Of a DNA stretch of 64,000 nucleotides, positions 39,408 through 49,658 are shown in pieces. The notes below the pieces were generated by a model, which saw only the letters and a list, made by a program, of their open reading frames with translations, was not told the DNA's origin and did not search any database. The first letter of the stretch is position 1. Each line of letters opens with the position of its first letter. The translations under genes and the position numbers were made by a program. The DNA comes from Terriglobia bacterium (GTDB taxonomy: Bacteria; Acidobacteriota; Terriglobia; Terriglobales; Acidobacteriaceae), in contig CAVSYI010000008.1 of the NCBI GenBank assembly GCA_963732045.1, forward strand, positions 63,317 through 127,316. Reading direction: 5' to 3'.

Positions 39408-39655
39408 CGGTGTAGTTTTTGGCATGGCACTGTTTTTAGAATCGCGCAGTAGAATTAGAAATCAATTCTCTCTACTCCGGCTCAGAAAAATGCTACACCG
39501 GTGTAGAAGTTGCGAGTGGCCGACAGTGAAAACGCAGTTGCGACCGCAGCTGTAAAGTGTTGATTCTATTACTGCGGTTTTACTGCGGTTTTGACCTCAG
39601 CTGCGGACAGTTGGCCGATCAGTTGGCAGCCGCCAGCTCAGAAATCCCTTCCCGA

Positions 39656-39949
39656 ATGACCCCACGTAAGAAAACCCGCACCTACTATGGCAAGCCATGC
39701 GACCGCCACGGCGACGTTCTCCGGTACAGGAGTAGCCGCGGATGTGTCGAGTGCGCTTATGAAGCCAGCCAGCGGTATGCTGCCGACAACCCCGTCAAGA
39801 AGCGTCAGCAAGACCGGCGATGGAAGCGCATCAATAGAGAGCTGATCTCCAAGCGCCGGACGACTCCAGAGTATCGCGCGCAAGTCCGAGCCTATTACGC
39901 CCGCCGTGGTAATCGTTGCACCCCATCGACCACGCTCAAAGCCGCATAA
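39656..39949 (+). CDS. Small Zn-ribbon-like basic protein (phage-type)
   Basis: ATG 39656 within ORF 39557..39949: MTPRKKTRTYYGKPCDRHGDVLRYRSSRGCVECAYEASQRYAADNP... Confidence 0.4.
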   Translation: MTPRKKTRTYYGKPCDRHGDVLRYRSSRGCVECAYEASQRYAADNPVKKRQQDRRWKRINRELISKRRTTPEYRAQVRAYYARRGNRCTPSTTLKAA

Positions 39950-40179
39950 ATAAAGGGTCGCGCAGCCCGACGCCCGCACACAAAGTTCGGCCGCTCAGCC
40001 TAGGGAGCCTTGATTTCTTTCCAGAACGAAAGCCGGCCGGAGAGCCCCCTGCGCGGCGCCTACATGTAGTGGCGCGACCGCAGAACTACATTTTTGCCAG
40101 TTGAAATATTTATTCAAAGAAATCAAAGAAATCAAAAAGTCCTGCGTTTCCAAGGACTTCCGAAGGGAAATAATCAAAC

Positions 40180-40878
40180 ATGAAATCAAAGAAATCAAAG
40201 CGCGGCGGAGCCCGTTTGGGAGCCGGCCGGCCACCAAAACCCCAGGCTGGCGCGCCAGAACAAGTCCTATCCGCTCCGATTTCCATCCTCGATCGTGACG
40301 TAGCCACCCTCACCGACGACGAGCGCCGAGAGTATGACGCCGCGGCGATTGCCGAAGGCTGGCGCCCTTCGACGGCCGTCCTCCTAGCCTGCTTCCAGCA
40401 TGACCACTCAAAAAACGAACGGCTGACCTGGGAGGAATGGCGCTCCAACCTCCGGAACCCCTCCGTGGTGCCGACGGTTCAGCCAGAACCCCTCCGATGG
40501 AGTGTCCAAAGCCAGTGCTACGAGCCGATTTCAGCCCCTTCAATTTCCGACGTAGTCCAGCCTACCCCTTTCGTAGAATCGCCTCCTACAGAAATAGCCT
40601 CCTGCAAGTCCTTTCCCTGCAACACCGAAAAACAAGAAAATGACGACTTTTCGACGCAGCCATCACCGCAGCCGGTCCCATCCCCTTCACCTTCGCGCCT
40701 TGACCGCGCAATCGCAATCGAAGCCAGCCGGCCCCGCCCAAGCGCAGTCGAGCAGGCCATCTTCCAGGCCGACCAGCCCTCCACTCGCAGCCGCTCCTAC
40801 ACCTACTCCGAAGTCGAAGGCATGCGACCGACGTCCGGCAATCGATCGCACGATACCTACGAGCCGGCAACGGACTAA
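40180..40878 (+). CDS. Hypothetical protein with N-terminal GAGRPPK-type basic motif and Pro/Ser-rich C-terminal half
   Basis: 232 aa. MKSKKSKRGGARLGAGRPPKPQAG. This motif is common at N-termini of phage DNA-binding/small-terminase-like proteins, from recollection only. Confidence 0.45.
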   Translation: MKSKKSKRGGARLGAGRPPKPQAGAPEQVLSAPISILDRDVATLTDDERREYDAAAIAEGWRPSTAVLLACFQHDHSKNERLTWEEWRSNLRNPSVVPTVQPEPLRWSVQSQCYEPISAPSISDVVQPTPFVESPPTEIASCKSFPCNTEKQENDDFSTQPSPQPVPSPSPSRLDRAIAIEASRPRPSAVEQAIFQADQPSTRSRSYTYSEVEGMRPTSGNRSHDTYEPATD

Positions 40879-40881
40879 CCC

Positions 40882-41425
40882 ATGATCAGAAGAAGACGCC
40901 ACCTCCTCCCACCGCCTCCTCCCCCTCCCAAGCTCAAGATCCCCGAACCCTCGCCGGTCGTAATGATTCGCTTCGAAGATCAATGGCGAGTTGAACTCCC
41001 CAAGATCACACCAACGGCTGGCACGTCAGATTTTCCAGGCGCCGACCGTCGATGAACTCGTGAAAAAGCTTTGCCGAGCATTGCATCACGCTCAAGCAAC
41101 AATCGCGATTCTGTCCCAGCAGTTCCAGAGAACAAGAAAGGTAGATCATGTCCGACGCAACACAGCAGCATCATCTCGAAGTTTCACGCTGCACCCATGC
41201 GCAGGTGGAGACCATCGCCAACCAAGGGCACGCGGATTCGTAAACGCCGTCCTCCAGCTCTCCGAGAACGCCGGCAAGCAAGCCGGCGCCATCTGCGAGA
41301 ACAGCTCACTGTTGTCTCGAGCTGATCGAAGTCGACCGCACGCTAACCGCCTCGCTGAAGAAGCAAACCGTCTCGAGCCGGTCACTCTTCAAACGCATCT
41401 TCGGCAAACTCTAAACCCCTCGGAC
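40882..41425 (+). CDS. Hypothetical protein(s), frame changes
   Basis: MIRRRRHLLPPPPPPPKLKIPEPSPVVMIRFEDQWRVELPKI..., continuing in ORF 40991..41476 and ending ...SLFKRIFGKL* (taa 41423-41425). Confidence 0.25.
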
Positions 41426-41436
41426 TTCGAGCCGAA

Positions 41437-42142
41437 TTGCCTGGAGAGAAAAGAGCCACCTTGTTTTTCTTCTTAGAACACTCCAACATCCACCGTGCCC
41501 TCCAAGGCGATCGTCCAGCCGTCCTAAAAGCCAAGGACGTGGAATCATGGGAAAGCCTCGCTCAGGAGTACGGCATCACCATCGTGTCAGACTCAGCAGC
41601 CGGGAATCGTGAGAGCCGAACATCCTCCAATCAACCCCCGAAAAGCTGATGCGTTATCTCCAAGAGGCCGGCATTCAAGCCATTTCATCGAGATCGAAGA
41701 CGTTTTCTGCTTCTCCCCCAAGACCATTGAGGCCGGCGCCCTTGACGGTATGTTTCGCAGCACGCCGCGCAACGTCAAAGAAGCCCAGGCAAGAGACGCT
41801 CTGACCCAATCACTTCAGGGCATCGCGACAGATCGAATCATGGGACGAGATGAAGAATCTCTTGTGGTCGGTCATCCCCGCTGAAGGCCTCACCATCGGT
41901 GGCCCTGGAGCCGACATGTCCGACGAGACGTTGAGAAGACTGTCGTCGAGCAAATGCGAAAGGCCGGCATCAAGCTTCCAGACGATCCAGGCGACGGCTG
42001 GCGTACTCAAGGCACGGGACAGAATCTCGACGGCTGGCACGGTCTGACGCCGGAGCAAGAATACGAACAGTTCCACAAAGAGACACCCAAGGACCGCAGC
42101 AGCGCCGTCCCCGCTGGCTTCGGTGACGAAGATTACAGATGA
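41437..42142 (+). CDS. Hypothetical protein(s), frame changes
   Basis: ORFs 41437..41649, 41609..41884, 41850..42047 and 41954..42142 overlap head-to-tail in different frames, consistent with one or two genes broken by indels. Confidence 0.25.
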
Positions 42143-42316
42143 TCACCCGCCCTATCTCTGATCGACGCTTTGAACTGTCGGAGGCCGACATCCGCTCTCT
42201 CTCCCGCGGACTCCTCACGACCTCCGGCAAAACTTCAACCCCGCAGAAGTGAAACAGATCCTCCATGAATCACTCCGGCTCGCTGTCACCACAAATCCCA
42301 ACGAAGGAAGAATCCG

Positions 42317-42574
42317 ATGAACACTCTCCGCACCTACCTCCGCTCCTACCTCGGCATCGTTGATCCTTTGCCGGCAACCGAACCTGTCACCATCGCGCCT
42401 TGTGGCTGCAAAGAACAACTCACAGAAATTAAGAAGCACTTGGCAGCTCTCACCGGCGAATGCGTGCTACGTGTCCCAGGCTTTCTCGCGTTGACCGAAC
42501 ACCAGCGCGGCATTGCAATCGAAGCTCTGGCAAAAGCCCGTGGAGTTGAAATCCCCGCCGGCACCGTCCAGTAA
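42317..42574 (+). CDS. Hypothetical protein (85 aa)
   Basis: Intact ORF MNTLRTYLRSYLGIVDPLPATEPVTIAPCGCKEQLTEIKKHLAALTGE... Confidence 0.35.
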   Translation: MNTLRTYLRSYLGIVDPLPATEPVTIAPCGCKEQLTEIKKHLAALTGECVLRVPGFLALTEHQRGIAIEALAKARGVEIPAGTVQ

Positions 42575-42626
42575 CCTCCACCTCTTAACCCTCCGGTGCG
42601 CACCGGAAGAAGAATCTCCCTCCCAA

Positions 42627-43617
42627 ATGTTCAACGTAATTGAGAATCCCTCCCCTGATTCCGCCGACGACGTAGAGCCCCAAGCTCCGGCGCCGGCAAT
42701 TCCCACCTCCCCGATGTGATCAACTCCGTCGCCCAGGCTCCTGTCGCCCAGGCAACGCAAGCTCCTGTTCCAATGTGGAAGGGCATCCTGGCCGGCGCTC
42801 TCGCCGGTCTCGCTGGTGCCGCCGGCAGCAAGTCTTTCGGCGCCGGTCTCGCTGGTGGTGCTGGTGGTGAGCTTCGGCAACAACAGCAGAACATCGAAAA
42901 CGATCAAGCCGGCGAAGGCGCAGGCTTCCGCATCAAGTTTCAGGACGCGCAGTCTGCAAACCTCGTGGCCGAAGCGCACATCAAGGATATGCAGCTTCAT
43001 TCATTGCCACAGGAACTGCAAGATCAGGCGAACGAGCAGCATCAACCTCGACAAGCAGCTTCAGGATCTCGGCCTTCAGTCCCGTTATCGTCGCACCCAA
43101 CACCAGCGACGGAGCCGAGACGGCAATGAAGCAGTTGACTGACACTCATGGTGGAGTGCCGCAGTTGTTCGTTCACAACACCGGTGGTCAGTTGATCGGA
43201 TACGACCTGGGTCAGCTCTCCCAGTCGCCACAGATCGTCAACAAAGTGAATCAGTATCGTGTGATGACTGGGCAGGATCCTATCGACGCCCAGACTTTCC
43301 GCCAGATACCACCGCAGAACAAGAAGGACCTGATTTCCCAGGCTCTCAGCTTCGGCACCGAAGTCCCCACAAAAGCGAATGCGGTAGAGCTGGCGCAGAA
43401 GTACCAGAACTACGCGGACGCTTACCGGAAGAACCAGGATGCGATCTCACGGTTCAGGCGAAGCTCGACGACACCGCGAAGCATTACGCAGATATGTCAG
43501 CCGGCCTCGACAGACACGAAGTTAAACAGGCTGGAGCGGTTCAGGCTGCGAAAACGCAGGCTGAGGTGGCGAACAAGCCGAGCCGTGGTGATTCGGATCC
43601 TGTGGTTGCTGCGACTC
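42627..43617 (+). CDS. Hypothetical Gly-rich membrane/structural-like protein(s) running into the tRNA junction (frame changes; 3'-open at insert end)
   Basis: MFNVIENPSPDSADDVEP..., WKGILAGALAGLAGAAGSKSFGAGLAGGAGG, MKQLTDTHGGVPQLFVHNTGGQLIGYDLGQ..., ...AKTQAEVANKPSRGDSDPVVAAT. The reading frame is still open at 43617. Confidence 0.3.
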
Positions 43618-43678
43618 CGTTGGACTTAGGATCCAATGCCCAAAAGGCGTGCAGGTTCAAGTCCTGTTCCCGGCACCA
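43618..43678 (+). tRNA. tRNA-Leu(UAG) nt 26-86 (3' piece of interrupted gene)
   Basis: cgttggacttaggatccaatgcccaaaaggcgtgcaggttcaagtcctgttcccggcacca. Anticodon stem TTGGA/TCCAA, loop CTTAGGA, long variable arm, T-loop TTCAAGT, acceptor TCCCGGC pairing with GCCGGGA of 38520, discriminator A, CCA encoded. Confidence 0.85.
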
Positions 43679-43945
43679 CTTCATACGCTCTTCGGCCTCA
43701 CCGATCTGAGTTCCGCGGACCCTGACTCGCACCTTCGCAAGAATTCTCCCATAAGCGACTGAGCGCCGGTCAGAGCCCGCGATAGCCGACGCCCTCGGTA
43801 ACTTTTATAGATTGCTAACGCTCATTGGCAGTGGAATCTTCTTATGAAGCGCAGAAATCCTGAAGAGGTCAAATATCCACGAGGTTGTTCGATGTCCAGC
43901 GCCGCTAGCAAAAACTACCTTGTGTCTGATTCAGTTGATATTTCT

Positions 43946-44561
43946 TTAGGAGCTCTGCACCTTTTCGCACCTTCTGCCGCTCCACAACCCGCCAAAGCCG
44001 GAGGCTAATGCGTCACGCATCTGAAGACGGGCTCGTGAGAGTCTGGTCTTCACATTCGCTTCGGACAGCTTAAGGATCTGCGCGGTTTCCGTGATACTGA
44101 GGTGGTTTACATCGCGCAGTATCAATATCTCGCGGTATTTCTCGGGGAGAGACACCAGGGCCTTGGTCAGCGCATCACGAAGTTCGCGGCGCTCCAGAGC
44201 CTGCGAAGGGATTTCGCGCCAGTCCGCGAAATCCTTTGGGATGTAATCGCCGTCGTCGCTTTGCTGTCCCTGTTCGATCGATTCGTACAAGTAGCGACTG
44301 TCCTTGCGTAGCCGCATTTTCGCTTCGTTGATCGCGATTTGGATCAGCCACGTGCTGAACTTTGCCTCCTGACGAAAGCGTGCCAGAGCTTTGAAGGCTT
44401 TCAGGATGGCCTCTTGTGCCACCTCTTCAGCGTCCGCATCGTTTTTCACGATCGCCACGGCCGCAAGAAACACGGCACGCTCGTACGGCCGGACCAGTTG
44501 GTAGAAAGCTTCGGCATCAGCTTCGCCGACAAGCCATCAAACCTCCAATCTCTCTGGCCAT
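43946..44561 (-). CDS. ECF-type sigma-70 family RNA polymerase sigma factor, frame-split near 5' end
   Basis: ORF 43946..44473 (region 2: FLAAVAIVKNDADAEEVAQEAILKAF...FSTWLIQIAINEAK; region 4: ILRDVNHLSITETAQILKLSEANVKTRLSRAR). The upstream frame gives MAREIGGLMA from cat at 44559-44561. 616 nt = 3n+1. Confidence 0.8.
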
Positions 44562-44660
44562 CAGATTCAGAGATTTAAAAAAGGTTACTCACGGCGCGGT
44601 TTGGACCACTCTGTATACTGGCGGCGAATTGCCTCCATCTTCTTGATTTAGAATTGATAC

Positions 44661-45830
44661 TTGTCTGGTTTCATGAGGCTCGATTTGATAGCAATAGCCC
44701 GCCGCCCCCCAGTCATTATTGTTTTTTTGCTGATCGTAGCTGTGCTGGCATTCGCCGGCGTCGGCCGTCTGGTGAATCGGTTTCACGCACAGGAAGAGGC
44801 GTTGGCGCGTCATCTGTATCAACGCGGCGTTAAAGCACAGAGTGAGAATCACCCGGAGGAGGCGCTCGGCGCTTTTCGCGCCGCGCTCAGCTACAGTCGC
44901 GACAACTTTCAGTACCAACTCAGCCTGGCGCGTGCCCTCCGTGACACCGGACGGACCGCCGAGTCTGAAACCTATCTCATCAGGTTATGGGAGCGCACTC
45001 CGCAGGAAGGCGCGGTGAATCTGGCGTTGGGGCGCCTGTTCGTGCGTCAGCGCGTCTTCGATAAAGCCATCCAGTATTATCACTATGCCATTTACGGTGT
45101 CTGGCCCAGCGATGCGGAAAGCAAGCGGCGCGATGCGCAATTCGAATTGATCGAGTTTCTGCTACAGCAGAACGCCTATCCTCAGGCGCAAGCTGAGCTG
45201 ATTACCATGGCTTCGGCTTTGCCAACCGATCCCAGCGTACACCTGCGGGTAGCCGATCTTTTCATGCTGGCCAAGGATTATGATCGTGCGCTCGCGCAAT
45301 ACCAGCAGACCCTGTTGACCGATGCTCATAACCAGGGGGCATTGTTGGGCGCCGGACAGGCATCATTCCAGTTAGGACGTTTTCGCACCGCTCGAACGCT
45401 ATCTGCAGGCCGCGGTTCGTGCCGATCCTCAGAATACGTCTGCGCAGCGTCTGCTGGAAACTGCCGGAGAGGTATTGGAGTCGGACCCTTCTGCGCCGCG
45501 CATCTCCGAGGCCGAGCGGAATCGCCGCTTAGGTGCGGCATTACCCTGGCAGGCGGCCGTCTTGACGATTGCGCGCAGAGCCGCGGAATCGATCTGGCTG
45601 GACAATCTTCCTCCAATGACTTGCCTCATCTGAAAGCCATGTGGCTGGAGATGAAACCCAAAGTAACAAAATTATCCGGACCGCACTCTGTATCGCGGAT
45701 CCGCAATTGCCGGACGAACTCATGAACCTGGTTTACAGCATCGAACAGCAAACCGAGTCGGTGTGCGGGTCAGCCGAGGGGCCTGGACAGAGCTCTGCTG
45801 CTGCTTGCGCAAGATCATGCCGGGGTTGAG
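44661..45830 (+). CDS. TPR-repeat membrane-anchored protein, frame changes in 3' third
   Basis: ORF 44661..45725. N-terminal TM (VIIVFLLIVAVLAFAGV), TPR-like repeats (ALGAFRAALSYSRDNFQYQLSLARAL..., KAIQYYHYAIYG..., YDRALAQYQQTLL). Continuation ERYLQAAVRADPQNTSAQRLLETAGEVLESDP lies in another frame. Confidence 0.6.
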
Positions 45831-45832
45831 CA

Positions 45833-47617
45833 ATGAGCGACACAGTCGATTCCGCTGCCCAAAGTCACTCTCGAGTCGCCAGGAAGGCGACGACGCACCC
45901 AATCCCAGGATCACAAGTCGATATTGGTTCACTCTCAGCACCACCCGGGAAGAGCGATTCTTTCTGGTGCTGGCTGTATTCATCGGCGTATTCTCAGCGC
46001 TGGCGGTCGTGTGCTTTCGCCTGGCCATCGACTGGAGCAAAATCTGGTTGCTCGGCCCAGTGCCTGAGCCACATAACTGGCGCCTGATTGCCGTCCCTGC
46101 GCTCACCGAGTCTGGTGGTGGCTTTTCTGGTGATTCATGTTTTTCCGTTGGCTCGCGGTAGCGGCGTCAACCAAACCAAAGCTGCTCTCTATATCTATAA
46201 CGGATACATTCCATTTCGAACCGCGGTGGGGAAATTCATTACTGCTGCCCTGGCGATCGGTTCCGGGCAGTCGCTGGGACCGGAGGATCCCTCACTGCAA
46301 ATCGGCGCCAGCCTGGCCTCGGCACTGGGACGACGTCTCGATCTTTCGCGCGAGCGCCTGCGTCTTCTGGCGCCGGTGGGCGCTGCTGCTGGACTGGCCG
46401 CCGCCTTTAATGCACCGATCTCGGCCGTTCTGTTCGTTATCGAAGAAGTAATCGGTCGCTGGAGTGCGGGCATACTAGGTTCGGTTGTCCTCTCGGCGAT
46501 TTCAAGCGTAGTAGTAGTGCGCTGGTTTCTGGGCGCTGAACCTCTTTTCCGCATTCCCGCCGTTGGTTTGGTGCAGCCTGCCGAGTTGCTGGCCTACGCG
46601 ACGCTTGGGCATCGTCGGCGCATTCGCCGCGGTATTCTTTGCCAGGGCCATCGCATATTTGCGGCCACGCCTGCGCGCCTGGCCCCGTTGGACACAATAT
46701 TTCCAGCCGATGATGGCCGCTGTGGTGATTGGCCTGATCGGTTTTCTGGGCGCTCCCCAGGTGATGGGAGCGGGCTACGAATATATAGACCAGGCCATGC
46801 ACGACCAGTTCACCTGGAAGATGCTGGCCATTCTGGCTCTGCTGAAAATTATCGCCACCACTTTGTCATTCGTCACCGGCACGCCAGGCGGAATGTTCGC
46901 TCCCACACTTTTTGTCGGGGCCATGCTGGGAGGCGCAATCGGAGGTTTGGAACGTCACTTCTATCCGGCGTTCACCGGATCCACCGGCACTTACGCTTTG
47001 GTCGGCATGGGAGTACTGTTCGCGGGATTTCTCCGCGCGCCGATGACCTCGGTTTTCATGGTGCTTGAAGTCAGTGGCAACTACTCCATTATCGTGCCCG
47101 TGATCGTTGCCAATACGTTGGCGTATGTTATTTCCCGGGCTTTGCAGCCTACACCGATTTTCGACCTTCTCACTCGCCAGGACGGCCTCGACTTGCCATC
47201 GCTCGAAGAACAACGGGAACAGACAGTGCTACGCGTCGAAGATGCGATGAGGCCGCACCTACTCCGGTATTGAACGGCGGAGATTCCGTGGACCAGGCGT
47301 TACAACGCGTACAAGATTTGTCCGGAGATTTTTTAGTGCGATTGCATCCCAGTGGTTGGAGAAGCGTGACTGCCGACACTCTGAAACGTCTCGCGGGCGA
47401 GGGCAAAGGAGAGATGACCTTGGGCTCGGCGCTGGTTACCCCGGCTCTGCCCTACCTCCATCCCGATCACACACTCGAGACTGCTCTCCGCTACGTCTAT
47501 CAGGTCCCATTTGTTCCGGTTGTGCATCGCGCCGATTTCGGCCACCTCGAAGGGGTAATCTCGCGCGATGAAGTGCTGGAGAAATACAGGATGGCGCAGC
47601 GCGATGAAACTGACTAA
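45833..47617 (+). CDS. ClC-family chloride channel/antiporter with C-terminal CBS pair, at least 4 frame changes
   Basis: ORFs 45833..46087, 45763..46161, 46088..47068, 46563..47273 and 47270..47617 read colinearly. GSGVNQTKAA, IGSGQSLGPEDPSLQIG, GTPGGMFAPTLFVGA, then CBS-like LPYLHPDHTLETALRYVYQVPFVPVVHRADFGHLEGVISRDEV. Confidence 0.8.
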
Positions 47618-47774
47618 ACGCTTCGCCTCGGTATTTCGCCGGCCTGGCGGAAGCAAGGGGTTCACGAGATCGCGTAAACAATTCACCTGGGAATTAGAAG
47701 GTTTGCATCGCGGACAATCGAACATTGGCGCCAGGCAATAAATAAAACGATACCCGCTCCGGAGTTGACTCCAT

Positions 47775-49463
47775 ATGCGCAAAATCATTTCGATATCATC
47801 CATTTTCCTCCTCTTACTCGCGCCTCTCGCTTGGCCCCAAGCCACGAAAATGCCGGTCAGCCGGCGAGGACCGAGTGTCGCCACCGGCAGCCAGGGCGTC
47901 GTTGTCTCCGGTAGGCCTGTCGCCACCGCAGCTGGCATCAAGATTCTGAAACAGGGCGGCAACGCTGCTGACGCAGGCGCCGCTACTCTGCTCGCACTCT
48001 CCGTGACCTATGTAGGCGCGTTCTGCGTGGGAGGAGAGATCCCCATTCTGGTTTACAACGCCGACGGGAAAAGCGTGAAGCTGCTGGAGGGACAAGGCGA
48101 AGCTCCACGCGATCCCAAAGCGATCGCCTGGTACATGAAACACGGAATCCCGGACGGGGACGTCAAGGCAGCTGCCGTGCCCGGCACGATCGATGCAATC
48201 GTCACCCTGCTGAAACTTTACGGGACCAAGAGTCTCGATGAGGTCGTGCAGCCGACGCTGGCCATTCTGGACGCTGGCGGCCCTACTTGGTATATCGACA
48301 CCGGCAGCGACAAGAAGATCGAAACCGGCGTGCACTGGCAGGCGGATATGGCAGTGACCTTTCGCAAACTGGTGGATTCTGAAAAAGCAGCGAAAGGTAC
48401 GCGGGAGCAGAAACTGCAGGCTGTCTCAGACCGTTTCTATCGCGGCGACATCGCCGATGCCCTCGAAGCCTGGTATACGGAAAAGGGAGGTTTTCTTCGC
48501 AAGGCGGATCTGGCCGCGCACAAAACTCCAGTGGTCGATCCGCTCCAAACCACCTACCGAAGCTACACGATTTATAAAGCGGGTCCTTTGACGCAGGGTC
48601 CTTATCTCGCACAGACGCTGCGCCTTTTGGAAGGCTTCGACCTGAAGAAGATGGGGTTCAATTCGGCGGACTACATCCACACGGTAATTGAAGCGGAGAA
48701 ACTGGCGCTGGCAGATCGCGACGAGTATTACGGCGATCCGAACTTTGTGAAGGTGCCGATGCAGCAGTTGCTTTCCGATCAGTACACCGAAATGCGGCGC
48801 CATCTGATCGATCCAAAAAAGGCGTCTCTCGAGCTCCGTCCAGGCGATCCCTACAACATGAAAGCCACCAAGCCGCCCACCATTACCGGCCCGTGGCATG
48901 GCGGAACCACCGTCATGTGTGTGACGGATAAGTGGGGGAACGTCATCGCGGCCACTCCCAGCGGCCTGTCAAGCACAGCGGGCGTAGCAGGACGTACGGG
49001 AATTATTCACGGCAGCCGACTCAGCAGCCTGAACACATTTGCGGGAACTCCGAACGTGATCGAGCCGGGCAAACGGCCGCGAATCACACTGAGCCCCACG
49101 CTGCTTTTCCATGACGATCAACCCGTGATGGCGATCTCGGTAGCGGGAGGCGACCAACAGGACCAGGCAGCCATCCAGGTCATCCTTAATTACGTCGAAT
49201 TCGGCATGAATCCCGAGGAAGCGTTCAAGGCGCCGCGTTTCTCCACGACGCATTTCATCAGCTCCTTCGGTCAGGACCGTGCCACCCTGGGCAGCCTCTC
49301 TGTGCCCAACAACTTACCCGAAGCAGTTCAGGACGAATTGAGATCTCGCGGCCACTTGGTAACTGTGATCCATGAGGGAGTGGGCGGAGTGGCGCTGATC
49401 GGCATTGACCCCAAGACCAGGCAGGCTACTGCGGTCGGTCCGGCCGCTGGAAAAATGGAATAG
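47775..49463 (+). CDS. ggt: Gamma-glutamyltransferase family protein
   Basis: 562 aa, signal peptide, autoprocessing/nucleophile region PWHGGTTVMCVTDKWGN, ISVAGGDQQDQ. Confidence 0.85.
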   Translation: MRKIISISSIFLLLLAPLAWPQATKMPVSRRGPSVATGSQGVVVSGRPVATAAGIKILKQGGNAADAGAATLLALSVTYVGAFCVGGEIPILVYNADGKSVKLLEGQGEAPRDPKAIAWYMKHGIPDGDVKAAAVPGTIDAIVTLLKLYGTKSLDEVVQPTLAILDAGGPTWYIDTGSDKKIETGVHWQADMAVTFRKLVDSEKAAKGTREQKLQAVSDRFYRGDIADALEAWYTEKGGFLRKADLAAHKTPVVDPLQTTYRSYTIYKAGPLTQGPYLAQTLRLLEGFDLKKMGFNSADYIHTVIEAEKLALADRDEYYGDPNFVKVPMQQLLSDQYTEMRRHLIDPKKASLELRPGDPYNMKATKPPTITGPWHGGTTVMCVTDKWGNVIAATPSGLSSTAGVAGRTGIIHGSRLSSLNTFAGTPNVIEPGKRPRITLSPTLLFHDDQPVMAISVAGGDQQDQAAIQVILNYVEFGMNPEEAFKAPRFSTTHFISSFGQDRATLGSLSVPNNLPEAVQDELRSRGHLVTVIHEGVGGVALIGIDPKTRQATAVGPAAGKME

Positions 49464-49658
49464 ACCCCAGGCGCCACGAGCGGATTGCTGCCTAGCAGCC
49501 TATCCTCTGCGCGAAATTCTGAGCGACGATACCGCGAAGGATGCCTTGAAAAGAATCTTCTTTTGGAACGCGTTAAATTATGCGGCAACATCGGGAGAAG
49601 CAATTGCCAGTGTCCGCACAAGGCACTTCGCGGTCAACACTAAAGGAAAGAGACGCCG

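Larger units (their letters stand above)
38545..43617. mobile_element. Island II: 5,073-bp phage-like ORFan insert splitting tRNA-Leu between nt 25 and 26
   Basis: All ORFs are on the plus strand. Content: Zn-ribbon-like fragments (YAKRKDAKHCSERCQKRAE; GKPCDRHGDVLRYRSSRGCVEC), an N-terminal RGGARLGAGRPPK motif, a Gly-rich membrane segment and repeat-dense non-coding regions. No integrase, transposase, capsid or terminase recognised. No target duplication or terminal inverted repeats. Confidence 0.6.

Noticed and set aside
38545-43617. Serine-integrase or IS200/IS605/IS91-type mechanism for the duplication-free Island II insertion.
   Set aside because: The junctions share no central dinucleotide, and no serine recombinase or HUH transposase-like ORF is visible. 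Subterminal hairpins are not obvious. This cannot be excluded after indel correction, but nothing in the sequence supports it.
35240-43678. Group I intron in the tRNA-Leu anticodon loop, or archaeal-style split tRNA halves joined in trans.
   Set aside because: The intervening DNA is 8.3 kb of protein-coding island sequence. The pieces overlap as direct repeats (nt 1-25 occurs twice, nt 26-39 occurs twice) rather than being unique halves. The second break is in the D-stem, not at position 37/38.
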